From Legionellaceae bacterium (lineage in GTDB: Bacteria > Pseudomonadota > Gammaproteobacteria > Legionellales > Legionellaceae): 38,542 bases of DNA. The first letter of the stretch is position 1. Every line of letters starts with the position of its first letter. Positions 26,732 to 32,637 of the stretch are shown here, one piece after another. Location of the stretch: the NCBI GenBank assembly GCA_947470005.1, contig CANISA010000001.1, positions 1 through 38,542 of the forward strand, given 5' to 3'. Position numbers and translations under genes: made by a program. The notes under the pieces were generated by a model. It was not told the origin of the DNA, made no database searches, and saw only the letters and a list, made by a program, of their open reading frames with translations.

Positions 26732-27461
26732 AAGACAAATCCTGGTTCGTTTTTGCATACTTAAATGGTGTAAATTTATTGGGGAAATCGTAAATATCAA
26801 TTCCCGTTAGGTTTTTGAGGTAGTTTACTAAAAAACTTGCCGGTGCTGCCAGCAAAATGCTGTAAATGGCCTTAATTGAGAAACTAATGGCCACGACTTT
26901 CATAATATTGTGAAGAGGAATGGATGAGATTTCCATCATCACAATCGCTACAAAAGAATAAAGGGCTTCTGAAAATGTTGATGAGCCTAGACTCCTTAAC
27001 CAAAAGTAACGCCCCTTAAGCAGTATTTTCCAACGGGATAACACATACGAATTGGTTAAGTTCGCAACAATATAAGCGATGAAGCCACTAATATTGATAC
27101 GTAGCAATGATAAACCAAGAACATAACTGTATGACTCTTGCTCTTTAAAAAACGAAGGATGTGGTGCTATCAACGCTAGCTGACAAATAACAACAAAAAA
27201 TGTTTGCGCTAAAAATCCGGTGATAATCACAGAACGCGCTATTTTATAGCCATAAATTTCCGTAATGATATCATCAAAAATGAATATCAGTGGCGATGTA
27301 AATGTACCGCCTAAAACAAAAAACGCATCAATTCCGATATAACGGTTGGTTAAAACAGCATTACAGAGCATGATGCTCATGTAAAACATGCTGATCAAAA
27401 TAAGAACTTTATACCCGTGTAGATTTTCAATTACGTTCTGCTTGTTATGGTGCTCATTCAT
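26724..27461 (-). CDS. VUT/YhhQ-family transporter (queuosine-precursor transporter family)
   Basis: A polytopic membrane protein with SPLIFIFDDIITEIYGYKIAR and FWLRSLGSSTFSEALYSFVAI, matching the DUF165/YhhQ signatures. The ATG at 27461 lies 7 nt after the upstream stop. Confidence 0.75.
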   Translation of the reverse strand: MNEHHNKQNVIENLHGYKVLILISMFYMSIMLCNAVLTNRYIGIDAFFVLGGTFTSPLIFIFDDIITEIYGYKIARSVIITGFLAQTFFVVICQLALIAPHPSFFKEQESYSYVLGLSLLRINISGFIAYIVANLTNSYVLSRWKILLKGRYFWLRSLGSSTFSEALYSFVAIVMMEISSIPLHNIMKVVAISFSIKAIYSILLAAPASFLVNYLKNLTGIDIYDFPNKFTPFKYAKTNQDLSYD

Positions 27462-27468
27462 TGCAGTC

Positions 27469-28056
27469 TCATTTTTCAACTAGTCGGAGATGGGGGGCTT
27501 TTGTTTTAGATAAACCATTTTCTTCAATTTTTGGGTTCGCTAATTTAAGCCCAGCTAGCACACCAATACAAAAAGCCTGTACCGCATCAAATTCTTCGAT
27601 GAGCGACCTGGATAATGCAATATCTCTTGGATCCATCAGAAATTGCTCACCTGTAATTTTAGATTCAAATCCCAATAAACCATTTCGATTTTGGTACAGA
27701 AGATGATTATTTCCATACCTAGAGACGGAATATTTGGAGAACACGCTTCTAGGTTTCACTTGCGCCTTTACGTTCTGAGTATCAAATTGAGTGGTTTTCT
27801 CATACTCAATTCCAATATAGCAGCCTTGAATCGGGTGTAATCCGTATAAGATATCCTCATCAAATACAATATCTTGAATGACTGCATCAAAAACGGCTTT
27901 TGTATTAATGCATTGCATTTTGAAATACTCCACCTGGCCTTTAGTACAGAAATCAACAATTTTGTATAAAATAAAGTCGTTTAAATCCACTTTATTCGTC
28001 GTCCTAGACATGAAACTTGCAACCATCTTTTTAAATGGCAGCGCATACACATTCAT
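27469..28056 (-). CDS. Hypothetical protein (ORFan) with an apparent internal duplication
   Basis: 195-aa ORF. Its ATG abuts the stop of the upstream repressor gene (TAAATG), with GGAGGG 4 nt upstream. I recognise no family motif. Confidence 0.6.
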   Translation of the reverse strand: MNVYALPFKKMVASFMSRTTNKVDLNDFILYKIVDFCTKGQVEYFKMQCINTKAVFDAVIQDIVFDEDILYGLHPIQGCYIGIEYEKTTQFDTQNVKAQVKPRSVFSKYSVSRYGNNHLLYQNRNGLLGFESKITGEQFLMDPRDIALSRSLIEEFDAVQAFCIGVLAGLKLANPKIEENGLSKTKAPHLRLVEK

Positions 28057-28752
28057 TTATCCCTCCGTGTGCAAAGGTCGCATCTTCCTGTTATAAAAAA
28101 GAGTTAAAAAAACCACACCTAATATTTCGTGTTCCTCTTTAGAAAATTTCAATATTGGAGAGCCTTGATTAATAGGATGTAATTGCCATTCTGGTGGATC
28201 AACAAATAGCTCTCTTAATGTCAATTCATTATTCTGGCGCAAATTAATGAGAACAAGATCACCGTCTGTGGCTGATAAATCAGGATCCACAATAAAAAGA
28301 GTACCTTGTTGAAAACGGGGATGCATGGAAGGCCGGCTTTCTAACGCGAATGATCGTGGGCTAACGTTTTCGTTTTTTCCAACGGTCACAGGTACCCATT
28401 CTTGCCATTGGCTTAGGTCAATCGCATCTATATTTTTAGCTGATTCCCAATCTAATGCAGGAATAAATAAAGGTTTGGTTTGACCGATAACGCCGAAATG
28501 AGCTACTTCCTCAGTTGCAATAAGATTATCAATTGAGACTTTAAAATAATCAGCAATGGCTTTCAACGTCGATATTCTTGGATCTGTTGTTTCCCCAGAT
28601 AGTAACCGCTTTATCGAAATTGGTGGAATATTAAGATCTTGAGCCACTTTATTTTCAGTTGTTTTCTTTAACGCGATAAAGCGTGCCAGATTTTCGGCAA
28701 TACTGCATCGTTGCGTTAAGTCTAAATTTAGGTGTTCTGCATTCACGTGCAT
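28057..28752 (-). CDS. HTH(XRE)-S24 peptidase-fold repressor (CI/LexA-like), copy 2
   Basis: HTH IAENLARFIALKKTTENKVAQDLNIPPISIKRLLSGE and C-terminal S24 fold ALESRPSMHPRFQQGTLFIVDPD...GDLVLINL. It is divergent from the Cro-like/Xis-like genes. Confidence 0.8.
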   Translation of the reverse strand: MHVNAEHLNLDLTQRCSIAENLARFIALKKTTENKVAQDLNIPPISIKRLLSGETTDPRISTLKAIADYFKVSIDNLIATEEVAHFGVIGQTKPLFIPALDWESAKNIDAIDLSQWQEWVPVTVGKNENVSPRSFALESRPSMHPRFQQGTLFIVDPDLSATDGDLVLINLRQNNELTLRELFVDPPEWQLHPINQGSPILKFSKEEHEILGVVFLTLFYNRKMRPLHTEG

Positions 28753-28778
28753 TCTTAGTCAGTTGTTATGAAGAAATG

Positions 28779-28903
28779 ATACATCAATGTATTAAATAAA
28801 AAAACAATAATATTAAATTTATTTAAAAATACAAAATTAACAAACAACATTGTTGACTTTATCAAACATTATTGTTTATATTCGTGACTTAATTGTTTGT
28901 GAC
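28779..28903. promoter_or_regulatory. Divergent promoter/operator region of a CI/Cro-type switch
   Basis: Palindromes: ATACA-N4-TGTAT (28779-28792), CAACA-T-TGTTG (28845-28855) and AAACA-N4-TGTTT (28864-28877). Plus-strand promoter: TTGACT (28853-28858), 18 nt, TATATT (28877-28882). Minus-strand promoter: TTGTAT (28834-28829), 16 nt, TATTAT (28812-28807). Confidence 0.5.
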
Positions 28904-28949
28904 GATTAATTGGCCTCATTAAATAATAAAACTAAATGTAAGGAACACA

Positions 28950-29189
28950 ATGATGATGCATCACCACTCGAAATTGCAAATCTACAAAGGAATTATTCAA
29001 TACTTGCTGGATTCTACCAACTACACAATCAAAAATATTGCCGAGGTTACTAACTCCTCAGTTAAAAATATCCGCACTATCTATTGCGAGGATCAGATCC
29101 CAGCACATTTCTCAGAGATCAATTTAGTAAAACTCTATCACATGATGCTTGAATTAAATTTACATGAATTCAATGACTCAAGGAATTAA
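28950..29189 (+). CDS. Small HTH protein (Cro-like candidate)
   Basis: 79 aa. YTIKNIAEVTNSSVKNIRTIY looks like a helix-turn-helix. AGGAA lies upstream of the ATG. It is the first gene divergent from the repressor. Confidence 0.5.
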   Translation: MMMHHHSKLQIYKGIIQYLLDSTNYTIKNIAEVTNSSVKNIRTIYCEDQIPAHFSEINLVKLYHMMLELNLHEFNDSRN

Positions 29190-29233
29190 ACAGGTGGCAA
29201 CGGCAAAACGAAATGGAAATAATAGAGGATCGA

Positions 29234-29449
29234 ATGATGCAAAATACAACTTCTTATGAAATTACACAGCAAATTTTTTTTATTAACGATCTTGAACGAT
29301 TGATTGGGCGCAACCGAGTTACGCTTCGCAGGTGGTGGTTAATCGGAAAATTTCCAAAGCCCGTAAAATTAAATCATTCCACCTTGGCTTGGCATCGTGA
29401 TGCTATCGAACAATGGATTAATCAAAGTATTAAGCTTGGTGAAATCTAG
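29234..29449 (+). CDS. AlpA/Xis-family excisionase-like transcriptional regulator
   Basis: FFINDLERLIGRNRVTLRRWWLIGKFPKPVKLNHSTLAWHRDAIEQWI fits the AlpA/prophage CP4-57 regulator pattern. The ATG at 29234 is preceded by AGAGGA. The track start is 29213. Confidence 0.75.
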   Translation: MMQNTTSYEITQQIFFINDLERLIGRNRVTLRRWWLIGKFPKPVKLNHSTLAWHRDAIEQWINQSIKLGEI

Positions 29450-29496
29450 AACCTACCATTCAATATGACTTATCGTCAGTACCTTTTATAATTTTT

Positions 29497-29521
29497 AGCA
29501 GGCCGTGAGCCTGCTTTTTTT
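29497..29521 (+). terminator. Rho-independent terminator after the xis-like gene
   Basis: AGCAGGC (29497-29503), loop CGTGA, GCCTGCT (29509-29515), followed by a T run to 29521. Confidence 0.7.
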
Positions 29522-29674
29522 GTCTTCATATAAAAAAATATAACGCTCATTGCAAGAAATAATAAATTGAATCTGATTTTTAAAGTACCCTGCAAAGTGC
29601 CCATTATTCATTAATTCGGCCGTTAGCCAATTCTAACCAGAGGTGTAACGCCATTGATTTTTAAAGGATTTAAC

Positions 29675-29751
29675 TGGTCGGGACGGAAGGATTTGAACCT
29701 TCGACCACTAGCACCCCATGCTAGTACGCTACCAGGCTGCGCTACGCCCCG
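29675..29751 (-). tRNA. tRNA-Pro (anticodon GGG), 77 nt with encoded CCA
   Basis: The reverse strand folds by hand into a cloverleaf: acceptor CGGGGCG/CGTCCCG (C1-G72), D arm GCGC-AGCCTGGTA-GCGT, anticodon arm CTAGC-AUGGGGU-GCUAG (U33, GGG, G37), variable TGGTC, T arm GAAGG-TTCAAAT-CCTTC, then ACCA. Confidence 0.93.
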
Positions 29752-29762
29752 ACTGCGGACGA

Positions 29763-29791
29763 ATCATAGCGCACCTGGCCTTAAATCACAA
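29763..29791 (-). promoter_or_regulatory. Predicted tRNA-Pro promoter
   Basis: On the minus strand: TTGTGA (29791-29786), 17 nt, TATGAT (29768-29763), then a GC-rich discriminator (TCGTCCGC) ending 11 nt before the tRNA 5' end. Confidence 0.45.
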
Positions 29792-29821
29792 GCAGTGAGC
29801 GGCCCAAATTGCAAGCGTGTA

Positions 29822-30208
29822 TTACGTCGCGGTGCAGCTGGCTACAATGGTTGTTGACCCTTGATTAAGTAGTTCAACTTTAGCACCTGGAAGTGCGGTG
29901 ATGTAGACCACCTCTCTAGGCTGGAGAGTCAACGTCATGACATCGCCGGAAGACAAGTTCCTATTATTGATTGAGCCCGTTTTACGTAACACTTTGAACG
30001 AAACAATGTTGTTTGCTTCAGTGCTTTTAATGGTGCAACTGGCCTTGACTGTCCACATGAATACGTTAGAAAAAACTTGAGGGTCATTTATCGGCAGTTC
30101 GTAATCGACGGCTGGCCCGATTTGAAACGTGTGTTGCGTTGCTGAAAAAGCATGGGTCGCCAGTAGGCATCCCAGTCCCAAAAGTACCACTCCGATGTTT
30201 CGTTTCAT
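29822..30208 (-). CDS. Small secreted protein of unknown function
   Basis: Signal peptide [23 protein letters not shown] and two Cys in the mature part. GGGGA lies 6 nt upstream of the ATG at 30208. The track start is 30235. Confidence 0.55.
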   Translation of the reverse strand: MKRNIGVVLLGLGCLLATHAFSATQHTFQIGPAVDYELPINDPQVFSNVFMWTVKASCTIKSTEANNIVSFKVLRKTGSINNRNLSSGDVMTLTLQPREVVYITALPGAKVELLNQGSTTIVASCTAT

Positions 30209-30312
30209 TGATGTCCCCTTAATGAGCCGTTGCATTTTTTTTAAACTATTATGATCATCTATAAGATGTCTACAAGGAGAGGCATTGTATCATACATGTT
30301 GCATTAAGGTAT

Positions 30313-31329
30313 CTAAACAATCGAGGCGCGCACAAAGTCACCATTTGAAAGGTGTAATAAGTCAGCGGTGAGTGGGCTCAAGTGGCATGTCTGCTCGGCG
30401 GTGTTTAGTGTTGCTGAGCTGATTGTGGCACGAAAATCGAGCTGCGTATTCGCGAGGAGGACGTGGTGATTGTGGAGTTCCTCCGTAGTGATGGTGAGGG
30501 GCATGAGCTGACTTCTGGCTAGCGTACGTATTTTATCTCGCGCAACCTCTAAGGTTGGACCTGCATCAAAAATATGAACCGTTTGGTTATGCTTAAACCC
30601 TTCTCGGAGCAGAATCGTCATCGCCGGAACGGTTGATGCATGCGTGTGCCCAATCACCTCTTGAGCCGCCTGTGGGAGGAGGTTCAGGTAGATAGGGTGA
30701 TCAGGCATTAAGTCAGCGATAAATTGCTTGTTGTTGGAGATCGTCAGTTGATCGGCTTGTGTGAATGACATGTGAAAAAAAGGGTACCCTACGGCATCCC
30801 AGAAAGGAGAGTGACCTTGATCATCGGAGATGCCCCTCATCTCAGCAATGACTGTCGGTGCGAAACGTGCAGGGTACTGGGCCATAAAGAAAAATCGTGC
30901 AAGTGAAAGCAATAACCCATTCCCATGTCGTCGATAAGCTGGATCTAAATAGAGGGTGCAAATTTCAGTACGGCCTTGGTTATCATGAACCAGGCTTAAA
31001 TAATCTTGTTTGTTTTGAATACCAAGCGAGGAACATGTTTTGATACAGGTTTGCCGTTTATATGAATAAAAAGGAGCGTCTATTCCGGTCATCGCTTCAA
31101 TCGCTGCGGTGCCTGCCACGTGGCCTGTGGCAGGATCTTCTAATATAAATAGATAATATTCATTGCCAGGAGAGATGATGGAGGGGTTAAATGAGGCCTG
31201 AGACTGGGCCAGACGCTTATTTAATAACGCCCGATCTTTTGGAAGTGTCGTTATGCCAATGCCACTTCCCATGGCCAGCGCATTAATTTCCTGTAAATCG
31301 CGCGCGCACGCCGGGCGAAATAACATCAT
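30313..31329 (-). CDS. astA: Arginine N-succinyltransferase
   Basis: MMLFRPA..DL..I..LA...GIGITTLPKD...L, CTLYLDPAYRRHGNGLLLS, AEMRGISDDQGHSPFWDA and IFDAGPTLE are collinear with E. coli AstA. Confidence 0.88.
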   Translation of the reverse strand: MMLFRPACARDLQEINALAMGSGIGITTLPKDRALLNKRLAQSQASFNPSIISPGNEYYLFILEDPATGHVAGTAAIEAMTGIDAPFYSYKRQTCIKTCSSLGIQNKQDYLSLVHDNQGRTEICTLYLDPAYRRHGNGLLLSLARFFFMAQYPARFAPTVIAEMRGISDDQGHSPFWDAVGYPFFHMSFTQADQLTISNNKQFIADLMPDHPIYLNLLPQAAQEVIGHTHASTVPAMTILLREGFKHNQTVHIFDAGPTLEVARDKIRTLARSQLMPLTITTEELHNHHVLLANTQLDFRATISSATLNTAEQTCHLSPLTADLLHLSNGDFVRASIV

Positions 31330-32570
31330 AATAATGGACCTGGATTGAGAGAGCGATGATCATCAAGGCCGCCGTTTGCCAAATCCAACAGCAATAGTGT
31401 ACTTAAAGCCGCACGTTCAACGAGACTGTCGAGGAGAATAAATTCGTTGGCGCTGTGGATAGCACCACCACGTACGCCCAGTGTATCGATAACGGCTAAG
31501 CCCTGTGCGGCAAGGTTGTTTCCATCACAACATCCACCGCTGTCTTCCCAATCTAGATTTAAGCCCAATGCACGACCTAGGTGTTGCACACGCTCAAACA
31601 GACGTGTTGTGGCTGCATTAATGCGTTTCACGGGTCGACTAAAATCGCCGTGGAGGGTGAGCGTGTAATCTGTGCGCTGTAGTTTTGTGATGATGTGGTT
31701 CAGTTGCTCTCGAACCCAGTGTTCGTCATCGGGCAGGCTGATCCGGACATCGAGTTTGGTGACAGCAAGTGCAGGAACCACGTTGAGGGCCTCTCCACCA
31801 GCGATGTTGCCGATGTTGAGGGTGACTCCTTCGCGTTGACCGTTTAATGCATTTATTGCGACAATTGCTTCGGCAAGGTAGCAAATGGCATTTCGCCCTT
31901 CATCAAAGGCGCGGCCCGCGTGGGCCGATTTTCCGGTAGCCACGAGGGTTAATTTACCACTTCCTTTACGGTTTTTGGCGAAAGTCCCTTCACGTGTCAT
32001 GGCGGGTTCGTAGACTAACGCGGCGAAGTAATTTTTTGCGATGGCATTAAAAAATAAACGAGAACCAGGGGAGCCTATTTCTTCATCCGCATTAATCACG
32101 ACATCCCAGCCCAGTGTGCCAGCAAGAGGAGAGTCTTCGAATGCAGTGAGGGCGTGGAGCATGACAACTAGCCCACCTTTCATGTCCGCAACACCAGGGC
32201 CATTGAGCGTGTTTTTATTGAGGGTATGCAGGGTTTGAAAGGGGTTTTGTTCACCATACACGGTGTCCATGTGTCCACTGAGTAAAATTCGTCGCTTAAG
32301 ATGAGGTCGTTTGCGGATGAAGAGAAGGTCGCCATACGGTTCATTCTCGCGATCGCCTAATAAATTAATGACTTGGTTTGATGGCATGACATGCGTTTCT
32401 ATTTGATCAGCAAGTGGAGTGAACGCGGTGTGCAGCGCTTGGTGGATGCGGACTAGGCCTGGCAGATGGGTTGTGCCTGAGTTAATACCACACCATTGGT
32501 GAAGTTGTTCAATCATGGCCCCTTCGCGAGCGAGGAGTGAACGCGTGAGTTCTTGTGCCTGTTGCTTCAT
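31326..32570 (-). CDS. M20-family metallopeptidase (carboxypeptidase G2 / ArgE / DapE-like)
   Basis: LLSGHMDTV, GPGVADMKGG, NADEEIGSPGS and GKSAHAG motifs. The ATG at 32570 is preferred over the TTG at 32582. The stop overlaps the astA start. Confidence 0.85.
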   Translation of the reverse strand: MKQQAQELTRSLLAREGAMIEQLHQWCGINSGTTHLPGLVRIHQALHTAFTPLADQIETHVMPSNQVINLLGDRENEPYGDLLFIRKRPHLKRRILLSGHMDTVYGEQNPFQTLHTLNKNTLNGPGVADMKGGLVVMLHALTAFEDSPLAGTLGWDVVINADEEIGSPGSRLFFNAIAKNYFAALVYEPAMTREGTFAKNRKGSGKLTLVATGKSAHAGRAFDEGRNAICYLAEAIVAINALNGQREGVTLNIGNIAGGEALNVVPALAVTKLDVRISLPDDEHWVREQLNHIITKLQRTDYTLTLHGDFSRPVKRINAATTRLFERVQHLGRALGLNLDWEDSGGCCDGNNLAAQGLAVIDTLGVRGGAIHSANEFILLDSLVERAALSTLLLLDLANGGLDDHRSLNPGPLL

Positions 32571-32637
32571 CTGGCTAACCAACTTACCCTGAGTGGTTTA
32601 TTATATGACCTTATCTGAAATGACAAGGGTTCACAAG

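Larger units (their letters stand above)
1..29674. mobile_element. Integrated F-type conjugative element (ICE-like), right-hand portion; the left end and any integrase lie outside the window
   Basis: Complete F-like tra/trb gene set, a MOB-F relaxase, a T4CP, CI/Cro/Xis-like regulators and cargo genes end about 225 nt from the 3' (CCA) end of tRNA-Pro. Composition by eye differs from the chromosomal flank. Confidence 0.75.

Noticed and set aside
26732-26800. N-terminal extension of the SLOG ORF (track start 26800), and similar extensions for traF (12153), traC (18035), traB (19628), traN (13060) and ubiG (33221)
   Set aside because: The extensions overlap the preceding gene by tens of nucleotides, lack SD sequences and add non-homologous residues. 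Internal starts with SD motifs or ATGA coupling give lengths matching F homologues.
27462-27468. Possible preQ1 riboswitch upstream of the YhhQ-family gene
   Set aside because: Only 7 nt separate it from the upstream ORF, which leaves no room for an aptamer.
29654-29857. 67-aa plus-strand ORF
   Set aside because: It is the antisense reading of the tRNA-Pro gene and its promoter region. The tRNA cloverleaf fully explains the sequence.
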